DNA from: Phyllobates terribilis
Lineage: Eukaryota
DNA length: 64,000 nucleotides
Assembly: GCF_046119375.1 (NCBI RefSeq)
Contig: NW_027362765.1
Span: 391,468,001 to 391,532,000, forward strand
Reading direction: 5' to 3'
The position numbers and the translations under genes were made by a program. Of this stretch, positions 37,438 to 50,360 are shown one piece after another. The notes under the pieces are model-generated. The model worked only from the letters and a program-made list of their open reading frames with translations. It was not told the DNA's origin and searched no databases. How positions within the stretch are numbered: position 1 is the stretch's first letter; every line of letters begins with the position of its first letter.

Positions 37438-38628
37438 TGTCGCACCCCCGGGGCCGTGGGGTACTCGGCACTGGGCCTTCAGAAGCTTGGGGGGTATTAC
37501 GGTGGCTGGCCCGGCCCGTGGCCCAGGGCGGTCAACTAAAAGGGGGATAGTTAGATGGATAGGGAATAGGAAAAAGGGGAATGGAAATGTCAAAGTTCGT
37601 GACGCCACCTGTGGTGTCTGGTGAGGATCACCAGTGCTGCAGCAGTCCACTGAGGCCGGTGTTGTGGCAGCTTAGATGGTATCGCTCCCCACAGGTGGAG
37701 CAGGGCCTCAGGGCAGCGTAGGAGGGGGGGGATGCAGGACAGAGGGGACCCAGCCGAGTCAGAGCAAGAATAGGAGCACACACGAAAGTCACTTCTGTAC
37801 CTTTACTGGTGTTTAGTTCAGGAACATCCCGGAGCACTGTAGGGTGAGGGGTGCACGTCCGGATTCTCCCCAGTGAGCGGGTGTAGGGCCTCCTGTTTCT
37901 TGCCTTTGTGTAGTAAGTTTCTGACCTGCCTGGAGCTAGGCCTAACTTTGTCTCTGTCCTGCACCGGCTGACTTGGTGATAGGGCCTTCTGTTGGAGATC
38001 ACTCTCCCTATTCTTTGGGGTCTCCGTGATTCCTGACCCTGGTACGTATCAGCTTTTGGTGATCCTGGGACATGTAGTTCGCCAGGGGTTCCAGTTGTTT
38101 TCTATTGGTCATGAAGGTCCACGTAGACTCTGACCCGGTGTCCGGTATATTCTTCTGGGATGAGCTTGTAAAGCTCCTCTGCCCCCTATGTTACTTTCTT
38201 CCACTTGCCTTCGGCCCCACTCGGGCCCTCACTAGGCTACACACACTGCAGCCGGGACGCTGCTCTTCTTCGCCGCTCTCAGAGTGTCGGCACACTCCTA
38301 GCTCTCTATCCTGAGCTCTGTGAGTTCTAGTCTGGACTCACTCTACAGACTGTACTGAACTCTTTCTGCAGGAACTGCTAGGCTCTGGCTCGACTGCACT
38401 GACTCCTTCTGTGTCTGAGCAGGAACTCCCTAGCTGCTCTGTACTCTAGCAGGCTAGGAACTCAACTGCCTAGCTCCACCTTCCCTATTTATATCCCTAT
38501 CCGGGCTCCCTCTGGTGGTCTGAGATGGATGGTGGAGGTGTGTGTATGCTATGAGGGCCTCTTGTGGAGAAATCCTTCTATGCACCCCTCTAGGATCTGT
38601 GGCACTCCTGCGCAGCAGGGGCGCCACC
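37438..38628 (-). mobile_element. Solo LTR of the same superfamily (diverged family)
   Basis: TGTCGCACCCCCGGG ... GGGGCGCCACC; TSD TAAT at 37434-37437 and 38629-38632. Confidence 0.85.
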
Positions 38629-41089
38629 TAATAAGTCAGGAACAGTTTATTGCTACCATGTCCATATGGCTGATAAAAAGATAGTACAAGTCTTATATTA
38701 GGCCCATGTTAAAGTTCAGAATTTTTTAATCTGGAAAATGTTATTTAAAGAAAGAAATAAACTGTAATTGCAACTGAAAAAATAGGTACATTTATGATGT
38801 CACATAACCTTTAAGAATTTGACATTTTCGGCATTTTCAGCATTCTGCATGCCTGCGCCTAGAATTGTTTGGGATCTATCTCTGCCCACAGTACTGACCA
38901 GTTGTTGTAGGATTGCTACTTCCAATAGGTGGCGCTATAGAGTACAAGTCCTCTTTTTCTCTGAAGAGGCAATTTGCCTAAGGATATAATAAACTCAAAT
39001 GACTATAGGTGGTCAGCGGCAGACTTTGTGCAAGCCACTGGGCTCAGCAGGTCCCAAGATCTTGCTGGTTTACATTTCAATGTCAGGGGGACTGCGCTCC
39101 CTCTTTCATTTTAACACCACTTAACCGAAAACAGCACCGACCATTAGGCACTCAATTATCACCCCCGGAGGGGTCACCATGGCTCAGAAGAGTGCAAAAT
39201 TCTAATAATAAATACATTCCCCAATCTGCTTATTACTGACTGCTGTGACAGATGAAGCCTTCTGAGGCATAACCTCACCAGATGCATATAGCAGAAAAGC
39301 GGTCTGGTCTCTGGTGAGCAGGGGCGTAACTATAGTAGGTGCAGGGGTTGCAATCGCACCCAGGCCCTGGAGCCTATGGGAGCCCAAAAGGTCCTTTTGG
39401 CCCATGTGAAAAAATTATTACTATTAATGACCTGTGATTGTTTGAGGACCCTTTTGGAGATTTTGCATTGGGGCCCATGAGCTTCAAGGTAGGCCACGGC
39501 TGGCGAGGCAAGTGCCAGAATAGCGGGTATCTGTCGCTCCCTACCCTGCAATCTTGCCACTGCTCCTTTCCTTCCTTCCTAGTTGCCCAGTCTTGACTCC
39601 CGGTAAATCTACCCTTTGGTGCTGCCTGCTTTACCCCTCTGTCATTCCCTGGGCTTCCACTATGGTTGGCATTTTTCCCTGTCTTCTGTACTATGGAGTC
39701 CTTACCCCCATCATTGTCCTTCCTTAGAAGAAAAAAAAGAGCACATCTCATTTTTTCTTATTTACCGCTGCCTGAGCGAGCGAGCTTGGCCTTAGGAGAA
39801 AAAATAAAAGCACTGAGTAATAAGAGCGGATCTGTGCGCCGCCGGTAGATGTGGGGAGGGCGGTGTACAACCAGTTGGGTAGTAGCATTGTGCGTTCTTG
39901 TCACATTCTACAGATCTGACCTTTACATTGGGAGCGGCACCTTTTTATTCTCCGAAAACCACAACAAGATGTTTAATCAGATTGTTAACAACATGACTGG
40001 TGAGCGCGTCTTTCATATCTATCCTGGAACGACCTAATTGCCATTTGTTTTACGCAGATCTTCATTTTCCTCCTGCATCGGAGAACCGCAGAGCATCTCA
40101 TTTCTGCAAAGATTTCTGAGTGTTCGGTGCCTCCCAGATCAGCGTATGACTGCAGATCCTTGTCATTAAATCTCTCACTGTATCTAAATGCTTCCTTGTA
40201 GCCCCCGGGAAGAGTGGCAGGCCTGCGCCGCGTACAACATCAGACATTGCTAAATAATTAAAAGGTAATTAGAACAAACAAAAACAGGCACCTTGTTCTG
40301 TGTTAGTCCTACTTTATTCATAGCAACCTAAATCGCCGTGTGCTGCAAGACTAGTCCGGCGGCCCACCAGGGAGTGCCAATGTGTACTACAGCAGAACAA
40401 CGCAAATCACAACCTGGCACACTTCCTCTCACCCACGTCTACTTGCCTAAGGCACAATCGTAGATAAGGTTTTACTTTGCTTGGAGCAGATTCAGTTTGA
40501 CATTCCAACCTTGCAGCTGAACACCTTGGCAGAGTGACTTTTTGGAATCCCCTCTGGAACCCAGAGCACATTTCCCGCATGCCGCCCCTTTGTTATACCC
40601 TGGTCTTAGACCTCACGTGCAGAAATGCATAATAGATCTGTAAAAGGATGCAGCATCCGTAGAAGTATCGTAGAGTTTTTTCTTGTGCCATGCTCAACTT
40701 TTGGTGAAGTCCATCCAGAAATTGCCTCCATGTTTATTCCGCACTGCTCCCCTCCTCTTTCCCAACCCCTACATGGTAGAAACCTTCCAGAAGCTCTCTT
40801 GGATGGACCAGTACCATCTCTTTTGCATGGCTCTGTCCCAAATCCCCAATGACAGATATCATGGACCAACAGATTACAGTTTAGAGCTGGGAGTCCGATT
40901 AGGATGAAACCTCGTGATCAATTTATTCTCAAGAGACCCCTTTAACAAGATGGGATTATTTAAAGGAGAGAACCACTTTAAAGGGGTTGTCTCATGAGCT
41001 GGGGAGAAGGTGGTTGGGTGCTATGTCCCACTTTGGTTTGGATAAGCAGATGGAAGACAGCACGACAGATGAAGTTGTATAGTACTGGA

Positions 41090-41760
41090 GCAATGGAAGT
41101 TGCAGAGGCTGGGTCTCAACTGGAGGAATAGAAATAGTAGATGTTGGATGGCAGCTGGACCAACACAGGATGTAGTGGACAACAAAGAAACCAGAGACTG
41201 AGTAAAGAAGCAGAGTTGAGCGATGTAGCACAGCTGGGCTTGGGTGTGTAAGGAGACAATTATCATTGCAGTAGGGTCCACTGGAACAGCAGAGCAAGTG
41301 ATGTCAAGAGACTCACTAGTGGTGATGTAGCAGTGCTCAGAAGCACAGCAGAACTGGGCATGCCATGAGACAGTCATGTGATCATGAGCCCAGTGGTTGA
41401 GCATAGCTGGGTACGTCAGGCTGCACACTTCTGGAGATGTAGCAGAGCCAAGTGAAGTAGCAGAACTTGGTTTGTCAAGAGACTCAAAAGCTGCAGAGCC
41501 TAGTGGCACAAAAAAGCTGACATGTTAGAAAGCACACTTGTGATGTGGTAGAGCGAAAAAGAGTGCTAATAATGGCGAGTATACATATTATCTGAATACT
41601 CAGGCTGTGGGTTTCCACCAGAGGCATCAATGTGGAACCTCAGAGGTGTGAGCCAATCTTACTACGGTAACGCGATGCTCACAGAAGCATAGGAAGCCGG
41701 CTGCAGGGAAGGAAGATAAACAGGCTGACGGTGGAGCTCAGTCAGATGAATAACCCATCC
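41090..41760. repeat. Interspersed repeat related to 6381-7010
   Basis: Shared GATGTAGCAGAG / CAAGAGACTCAC units and downstream CTGAATACTCAG...GAAGCCGGC...GGTGGAGCT; family not identified. Confidence 0.5.
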
Positions 41761-42173
41761 TGGAACAGGGGAGACCTCAAGGAATTCTGGAAAAGTTAGC
41801 AAATCTCCCAGGAACGTCCTGGAAACTTTCTGAAGGTTTCCTGTGTGCTACTTCACAGTGTCGCATCATTAAATTAGTCCCTTAAATCAAGCATTTCAAG
41901 AAAGGGGTTTGGATGAAGCATGAATGGTTTGGGGCATGGCCTCCAAAGGGGTGTGGATATTGGTAAACTTTTAAAGAAGTTTGCTTCATATGCCATAAGC
42001 ATCAATCTCCCGGTGAGTCACCTTTAAAAGTTGTCAAGCAAAGAGTTAGCAATCTTGATAACAGAACCCAGGGGCGGACACTGATAGCTTGGGGCCGCTG
42101 TGCAAGAAATGTGTATGGGACCCCCTCCTTTTATGGCGACAAAGCTACAGATATATATATATATATATATATA

Positions 42174-43539
42174 CACTGCTCAAAAAAATAAAGGGAACAC
42201 TCAAATAACCCATCCTAGATCTGAATGAATGAAATATTCTCATTGAATACTTTGTTCTGTACAAAGTTGAATGTGCTGACAACAAAATCACACAAAAATC
42301 ATCAATGGAAATCACATTTATTAACCAATGGAGGCCTGGATTTGGAGTCACCCCCAAAATTAAAGTGGAAAAACACACTACAGGCTGATCCAACTTTGAT
42401 GTAATGTCCTTAAAACAAGTCAAAATGAGTCTCAGTATTGTGTGTGGCCTCCACGTGCCTGTATGACCTCCCTACAACGCCTGGGCATGCTCCTGATGAG
42501 GTTGCGGATGGTCTCCTGTGGGATCTCCTCCCAGACCCGGACTAAAGCATCCGCCAACTCCTGGACAGTCTGTGGTGCAACGTGACGTTGGTGGATGGAG
42601 CGAGACGTGATGTCCCAGATGTGCTCAATCGGATTCAGGTCTGGGGAACGGGCGGGCCAGTCCATAGCTTCAATGATTGGCAAAGTCGCCACTGGCTCCC
42701 TGTGCTCTTCACAGATGAATATGCAGGTTCACACTGAGCACATGTGACAGATGTGACAGAGTCTGGAGAAGCCATGGAGAGCGATCTCCTTCCTGCAACA
42801 TCCTTCAGCATGATCGGTTTGGCAGTGGGTCAGTAATGGTGTGGGGTGGCATTTCTTTGGAGGGCAACACAGCCCTCCATGTGCTCGCCAGAGGTAGCCT
42901 GACTGCCATTAGGTACCGAGATGCGATCCTCAGACCCCTTGTGAGACCATATGCTGGTGCGGTTGGCCCTGGGTTCCTCCTAATGCAGGACAATGCCAGA
43001 CCTCATGTGACTGGAGTGTGTCAGCAGTTCCTACAAGATGAAAGCATTGAAGCTATAGTCTGGCCCACCCGTTCCCTAGACCGATTGAGCACATCTGGGA
43101 CATCATGTCTCCCTCCATCCACCAACGTCACGTTGCACCACAGACTGTCCAGGAGTTGGCGGATGCTTTAGTTCGGGTCTGGGAGGAGATCCCACAGGAG
43201 ACCATCCGCAACCTCATCAGGAGCATGCCCAGGCGTTGTAGGGAGGTCATACAGGCACGTGGAGGCCACACACAATACTGAGCCCCATTTTGACTTGCTT
43301 TAAGGACATTACATCAAAGTTGGATCAGCCTGTAGTGTGTTTTTCCACTTTCATTTTGGGGGTGACTCCAAATCCAGGCCTCCATTGGTTAATAAATTTG
43401 ATTTCCATTGATGATTTTTGTGTGATTTTGTTGTCAGCACATTCAACTTTGTACAGAACAAAGTATTCAATGAGAATATTTCATTCATTCAGATCTAGGA
43501 TGTGTTATTTGAGTGTTCCCTTTATTTTTTTGAGCAGTG
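42174..43539. mobile_element. Fold-back Tc1 derivative: two inverted 3' ends, about 500-bp inverted arms
   Basis: 42174-42675 is the reverse complement of 43045-43539; both arms encode the transposase C-terminus (..RCREVIQARGGHTQY); centre holds VLFTDE..MVWGGIS..QDNARPH on +; flanked by (TA)n. Confidence 0.92.
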
Positions 43540-44031
43540 TATATATATATATATATATTAGTGTCCTTTATTATGTATATTGCGGTCCCTTATTAGACAG
43601 TGCTCTCTCTTGTTATGTACAGCTCCGTCCCTTATATATCGGATTATATAGCGCCCTGTTCTTTATTACATACCATCCTCTCTTGTTAGATATATAATGT
43701 AATAACGGCTGATGGGGCATGGGAAAGCTTCTTTTCTTATGGAGGAGCTGATGGACTGGTCTTCTGGTCACCGGCTGCTCCATTAGCAGTCATTTTATAT
43801 CTAACAAGAGACGACTATATAATAAAAGAGGGGGTTGTGAATAACAAAAATAACAAGAATACACTATGTAATAGACAGCACTGTAGATAACAGCAGAGGA
43901 AGCTATATAATAAGAGACGGCACCATATATAACTAGAGAAGATGGTACGTAATAAGAGAGGGTGTTATACATAATAAAAGAGAAAACTATGTAATTAAGG
44001 ACATCGCTATACATAATAAGTGAGTACACTA

Positions 44032-45681
44032 CAGTCATATGAAAAAGTTTGGGCACCCCTATTAATCTTAAGCTTAATGTTTTATAAAAATTGGTGTTTT
44101 TGCAACAGCTATTTCAGTTTGATATATGTAATAACTGTTGGACACAGTAATGTTTCTGCCTTGAAATGAGGTTTATTGTACTAACAGAAAATGTGCAATC
44201 TACATTCAAACAAAATTTGAAAGGTGCATAAGTATGGGCACCCTTATCATTTTCTTGTTTTAAATACTCCTACCTACTTTTTACTGACTTACTAAAGCAC
44301 TTTTTTTGGTTTTGTAACCTCATGGAGCTTTGAACTTTATAGCCAGGTGTATGCAATCATGAGAAAAGCTACTTAAAGTGGCCACTTGCAAGTTGTTCTC
44401 CTGTTTGAATCTCCTCTGAAGAGTGGCATCATGTGCTCCTCAAAACAACTGTCAAATGATCTGAAAACAAAGATTATTCAACATAGTTGTTCAGGGGAAG
44501 CATACAAAAAGCTGTCTCAGAGATTTAACCTGTCAGTTTCCACTGTGAGGAACATAGTAAGGAAATGGAAGAACACAGGGACAGTTCTTGTTAGGGCCAG
44601 AAGTGGCAGGCCAAGAAAAACATCAGAAAGGCAGAGAAGAAGAATGGTGAGATCAGTCAAGGACAATCCTCAGACCACCTCCAGAGAGCTGCAGCATCAA
44701 CTTGCTGCAGATGGTGTCACTGTGCATCGGTCAACTATACAAGGCACTTTGCACAAGGAGAAGCTGTATGGGAGAGTGATGCGAAAGAAGCCGTTTCTGC
44801 AAGCACGCCACAAACAGAGTTGGCTGAGGTATGCAAAAGCACATTTGGAGAAGCCAATTTCTTTTTGGAAGAAGGTCCTGTGGACTGATGAAATCAAGAT
44901 TGAGTTATTTGGTCATACAAAAAGGCGTTATGCATGGTGGCAAAAAAACACAGCATTCCAAGAAAAACACTTGCTACCCACAGTAAAATTTGGTGGAGGT
45001 TCCATCATGCTTTGGGGCTGTGTGGTCAATGCTGGCACTGGGAATCTTGTTAAAGTTGAGGGACGCATGGATTCCACTCAGTATCAGCAGATTCTTGACA
45101 ATAGTGTTCAAGAATCAGTGATAAATATGAAGTTACAAAGTGGATGGATCTTTCAGCAAGACAATGATCCAAAACACCGCTCCAAATCTACTCAGGCATT
45201 CATGCAGAGGAACAACTACAATGTTCTGGAATGGCCATCCCAGTCCCCAGACCTGAATATCATTGAACATCTGTGGGATCATTTGAAGAGGGCTGTCCAT
45301 GCTCGGCGACCATCAAACTTAACTGAACTGGAATTGTTTTGTAAAGAGGAATGGTCAAAAATACCTTCATCCAGGATCCAGGAACTCATTAAAAGCTACA
45401 GGAAGCGACTAGAGGCTGTTATTTTTGCAAAAGGAGGATCTACTAACTATTAATGTCACTTTTCTGGTGAGGTGCCCATACTTATGCACCTGTCAAATTT
45501 TGTTTGAATGCAGATTGCACATTTTCTGTTAGTACAATGAACCTCATTTCAAGGCAGAAACATTACTGTATCCAACAGTTATTACATATATCAAACTGAA
45601 ATAGCTGTTGCAAAAACACCAATTTTTATAGAACATTAAGCTTAAGATTAATAGGGGTGCCCAAACTTTTTCATATGACTG
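44032..45681 (+). mobile_element. Full-length IR/DR-type Tc1 element (1650 bp)
   Basis: About 210-bp TIRs beginning CAGTCATATGAAAAAGTTTGGGCACCCC, inner repeat GGTGCATAAGTATGGGCACC, TA on both sides. Confidence 0.95.
44431..45453 (+). CDS. Tc1-family DD34E transposase, 340 aa, ORF uninterrupted
   Basis: ATG at 44431; GRPRK linker, WTDE, FQQDNDPKH, SPDLNIIE with 34 residues counted between the second D and E. Confidence 0.92.
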   Translation: MCSSKQLSNDLKTKIIQHSCSGEAYKKLSQRFNLSVSTVRNIVRKWKNTGTVLVRARSGRPRKTSERQRRRMVRSVKDNPQTTSRELQHQLAADGVTVHRSTIQGTLHKEKLYGRVMRKKPFLQARHKQSWLRYAKAHLEKPISFWKKVLWTDEIKIELFGHTKRRYAWWQKNTAFQEKHLLPTVKFGGGSIMLWGCVVNAGTGNLVKVEGRMDSTQYQQILDNSVQESVINMKLQSGWIFQQDNDPKHRSKSTQAFMQRNNYNVLEWPSQSPDLNIIEHLWDHLKRAVHARRPSNLTELELFCKEEWSKIPSSRIQELIKSYRKRLEAVIFAKGGSTNY

Positions 45682-46814
45682 TATATACTAAGGGACTATG
45701 GTATACATAATAAGGCTACATTCGTGTATCCGTGTGCAGTGTCGGTGTGCTGCCCTGTTTTACTGACGCATTGAGCATGTCCTATTCTAATCCTCAAAAT
45801 CGGATCAGAATAGGACAGTCTCTGACCCTCTTAGATCTCATTCTCAGATCTGTGATTTTCATGGATGTGTGAATGGATCTATAAAACTCTACGAGTCCAT
45901 GGACCATCCGATAAAAAGATCTGGCAGCACACGGACATTTCACACAAATGTGAGAATGCAGCCTAAGGGATTTTACATGTAACATTATCACTCCAAGTCG
46001 CACAGTGCAGATACTGAATAATATTTACATCCAGGAATTTACCGCTGACATCTCATCTGATCAGAGCCGGTTTCTGTTGCTTCTTCTCCATCTGGTCAGA
46101 CCTTCATGTCGACATCTCCCAGCCACGACTCATCTTGTCACAATCATCACCGCAGCCCTAAAAATAACAAGGTCACATATATTGTATACATACATGTGTC
46201 TCCTCCTCACTGCACCCCTGGCTACCGATATGTACCCCACCATTAATATACTATTAGCCACGTAGCAATCAAAATATAAATTGATTAGCAGCACTGTGCC
46301 CCCATTAACTATAATTTCCGCAGCCCAATAATATAAATTATTTGGTCTTTGTGACGCTCTGCAATTAACTATAAGGGTATGTGCACACGCGACAAACAAA
46401 GTGAATGCGATCCCTGAAGTCTCATGAACTCGTTGTTATTTTTTCCTTGCAGATTTGCAGCAGATTAAAATCTGCATAATGTCAATTCTTGCAGCGTGTG
46501 TCGCCCTTACAAACGAGTGGGGGGAAATAGGCAACAAAAGCATGTAAAAAAACGGTGGCAAAAAATGTATTTTACGTTCTTCCTGCCAACACATTGGGAC
46601 ATGCAGCAGAATTTTCTCCTGAAAATCTTGAATGTGTGAACATAGTCCCTGTCCTGTGTCCCCCCATTCATTATAAGTACTTGATAGCATCATAATGAAT
46701 TTGGAGGTGGGAGAAGACATTATCAGGTACAGAGCATCATGCCACCTCCTAATTCATTACAAGTCCCTGCCAGCGTCTTCTCCCACCTATCAATTCATTA
46801 TAAAGTGTCCGATG

Positions 46815-47200
46815 CACCTTACCCCCATCATTGCTCTCCCTTACCACCCCCATCATAGTTCTCCCACATCACACCTCAGTGTCCTTTCCCCCACCACCTC
46901 CATCATTTCTCTATCATTGCTCTCCTCCACCACCCTCATCATTGCTCTCCCCCACCACCCCCATCATTGTACTCCACCACCCCCATCATTGCTCATCCTC
47001 ACCACCCTCATCATTGCTCATCCTCACCACCCCCATCATTGCTCATCCTCACCACCCCCATCATTGCTCATCCTCACCACCCCCATCATTGCTCATCCTC
47101 ATCACCCCCATCATTGCTCATCCTCACCACCCCCATCCTTGCTCATCCTCACCACCCTCATCATTGCTCATCCTCACCACCCCCATCATTGCTCTCCCCA
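46815..47200. repeat. 24-25 bp minisatellite inside the hAT element
   Basis: Tandem CCATCATTGCTCATCCTCACCACC variants. Confidence 0.92.
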
Positions 47201-48684
47201 GTGTATTAGATATGAAAAACAAAACAAAACACTTACCTCTCTGCACATTCCCCTGTAGCATCGTCGTCACCGGCAACTTCCTCCCTGATACAGGCCCGCA
47301 CTGCTTAATGACATCATCAAGCCTTGCATCTGTATGAGGGAGGAAGCGCCGGGCAGGAAGCAGAGGACGTATCCCTCAGCTCCGCTGCCATTTTCCTCCT
47401 GCCAGCAGCAGAGCTCAGGGATCGCTCCCTACCCGCCGCATATGATGAGGGCAATCTGGCTATGGGCCCCACAGAGCCTGGGGGCCCGAGAAGCAGGCCA
47501 GATTGCCCTCAGTATTAGTTGCCCTGCAAGGGTCCCCCTGCACCTTCGGGCCCCGGTGCAGCTGCACTGGCAGTATGTCCGCCCCTAACAGAACCTCTTT
47601 AATAGGTAATCTGTAATATTATGTGTCAGAGATAACAGTCTGAGAGATTATGCAAATCCCACCACTGTCACCAATCGTCAGGACAATTATGCAATTGACT
47701 GACAAGTGATGGACAAGGCTGCTGCTGTTTTACTACTAGGCCAGTCATTGGGGAACTCACAGTGAGCGTATGGTATATACACCTCCAATTCCAATGCATG
47801 GAATATATATATACATATATATACTGTGATATGATCACTGCCAACTCCACAATAACAAAAGGAACTACTAGCTGCCACCACCAATCTCTTATACAGGCCA
47901 ATTGGACACCCGTTACAGGTAGTTTATGGCTTCAGGGGTGCAGTTTATAGAGCAAGAGGAACAGGGCTTATCAATTTTATATTTTTAATCTGGAAAGGTA
48001 GGCAGTGTTTATAAAAAAAATATACAAAGATGTTACAAAATGGAAACAAAACAATACGGTATATGCAATCACATTGAATAAAAAGAATAACTATTGTATA
48101 AGAGATATTGTTGTCGTGTTTCCTATCACAATGTTATCTTTCTATAGAGATGAAACATCGCATGAATAGCATTATCCATCTAAGTTAGAGGTGTTAGGAC
48201 AGCCTTACGGTGATGTGAGTGAATGCGTTATGTTTGTCACTTCACCACGACGCCAAAAATATATTTCCCATAAATATCGGATTGATGCAAACCCCAATAT
48301 GCATCACTGACCACTGGCTCTAGAGTGTCTAAGATAATTCCTTTAAATAGAGGAATCTTTTGAACCGGGAATTGTACTTTTCCACCTCTGAGTACACGAA
48401 TCCTAGACTTGGTGACTGTCTCTCAGCAGATTTATGCTGTGATTACCTGTTCACAGCAGGAGGTCCTACTTCAATGGAGATTTAAGTGTCAGCTCTTTCT
48501 CACTTCCCCAGTTATAATTAATAAAATATGTTCAATGTGAAGGTGATATGTCTCCTCTCTTGTGATGTCTTTATGGATTTTACAATTTTTCTCTATGACA
48601 TTATGCATCCTCTTTCTACAGCTACACTGCATTTTAATACTCTAAACAAATGAAAGAATTTAAATGCAGTGGCATAACAGTAGA

Positions 48685-49550
48685 GCCTGGAACAATAGGA
48701 GAGCTCCCAAAAACAAGAAAGCCCCCAACAACAGGAGGGATACCAACAACAGGAGAGTCCCAAACAACAGGAGAGCTCTCAACAACCGGTGAAGCTCCAA
48801 CAACAGGAGACTTCACAACAGTATGAGATGCCCCATCAACAGGACAGCTCCCAACAACAGGAAAGGGTCCAACAACAGGAGAACTGTCAAAAACAGAAGA
48901 GCTCCAAAAAGAGGAGCTCCCAACAACAGGAGAGTCCCCAACAACAGGAGAGCCCCCAACAACAGGAGAATTCTTAACAACAAAAGAATTCCCAACAACA
49001 GGAAAATTCCCAACAACTGGAAAGACCCCAACAACAGGTGAAGCCCCAACAACAGGAGAGCTCACAACAGTAGGAGAAGACCCATCAACAAGAGAGCTCC
49101 CCAAAACAGGAGAAAGTCCAACAACAGGAGAGCTCTCAACAACAGGAGAGCCCCCAACAACAGAGGAGCTCCCAAAAACAGGAGAGCCCCCAGCAACAGG
49201 AGAATTCCCAGCAACAGGAGAATTCCCAACAGCAGGAAAATTCCCAACAACAGGAGAGACCCCAACAACAGTAGAGCCCCCCACAACAGGAGAGCCCCCC
49301 AAAAGGAGAGCTTCCAACAACAGGAGAGCTTCCAAAAACAGGAGAGCTCCCAACAACAGGAGATCTCCCAACAACAGGAGATCTCCCAAGAGGAATGCCA
49401 CCAACAACAGAAGAGCTCACAGCAACAGATGAGCTCCTAACAACAGGAGAGCCTCCAAGAACAGGAGAGCCTCCAAGAACAGGAGAGCCCCCAAGAACAG
49501 TAGAGCTCCCAACATGAGAAGAGCACCCAACATCAGGAGAACACCCAATA
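48685..49550. repeat. Degenerate 18-bp minisatellite
   Basis: Tandem CCAACAACAGGAGAGC(T/C)C variants, followed near 49600-49660 by a hAT-MITE-like terminus. Confidence 0.9.
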
Positions 49551-50360
49551 ATCATGGGTCTTAAATAGTATCCAACTCCTCATATGGGCCAATGGGACTT
49601 TTTCGGCCCCCAGGACCCAAAGGTGATTGCAACCCCTGCACCCACTGTAGTTAAACCCCTAGTTGTACAACTGGTGACAAAGTGTACATTTATGGTTTGA
49701 ATGTCTAGCAGCATTTCAGTTGATATCTAATGATAGAGATCTTGCACTGCAGAATATTATCGTGTTCTCCATGATGGATGGAAACCGAGCTTTCATTTAT
49801 TTAATTTAAATTTAATTTAATGTCATGTTGTTAAAGGGGGAGAATAGAGACGTGCCGCGGTTAATGACACGTTCCATCATCTGTAGAAAGTGCCGCCCCT
49901 GGCTGGCATTTAATTTAGCAAGGAGCGTACTGTAAAAAGGGTTGCAATTCCTGCCAAGCATTACTGTAATCCCCTATAGCGCAGTGATCCTCACTGGCAG
50001 AAGGCAATACACAATCCAAGTCCTCTCCAGGGTAGATGTTGGAAGACCTCAGCATGGGGAACGGGGGATTAATAGGGCATCGCTGCAGGATCTGTGCTGC
50101 TGCTGAAAACACGGGAAGTTTTAGATTGAGGATTACAATGACCTCACGATGGCTGGAAACTACTAACACTAATGGGCTAAAAACTATACAAACAAACATG
50201 TCATCTGTAATTATCACAACATGTGCATGAAAGCTACAAAGACTGCGGATCACAATAAAAAATAAGCAAGAAAGCAGGAGGATGACTAAATTTATATTGT
50301 GCATTCATGCCCCATTCAGTATGACTAGTATGTAATAATCATTATTATTGTACACAGCAG

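Larger units (their letters stand above)
42069..47587. mobile_element. 5.5-kb non-autonomous hAT element hosting two Tc1 insertions
   Basis: TIRs CAGGGGCGGACA / TGTCCGCCCCTA with perfect 8-bp TSD ACAGAACC (42061-42068, 47588-47595). Confidence 0.88.

Noticed and set aside
46695-47337. His/Pro-rich ORFs
   Set aside because: Translations of the 24-25 bp minisatellite inside a hAT element.
48634-49555. Mucin-like PTTGE / GSSPVV repeat proteins
   Set aside because: Product of an 18-bp minisatellite; the plus frame has a stop near 48823 and a frameshift near 49300, and no splice or signal context was seen.
39319-49662. One 10-kb hAT element between similar termini at 39319 and about 49660
   Set aside because: Flanks do not form an adjacent 8-bp TSD (CTGGTGAG versus (G)TTGTACAA); more likely separate MITE ends.
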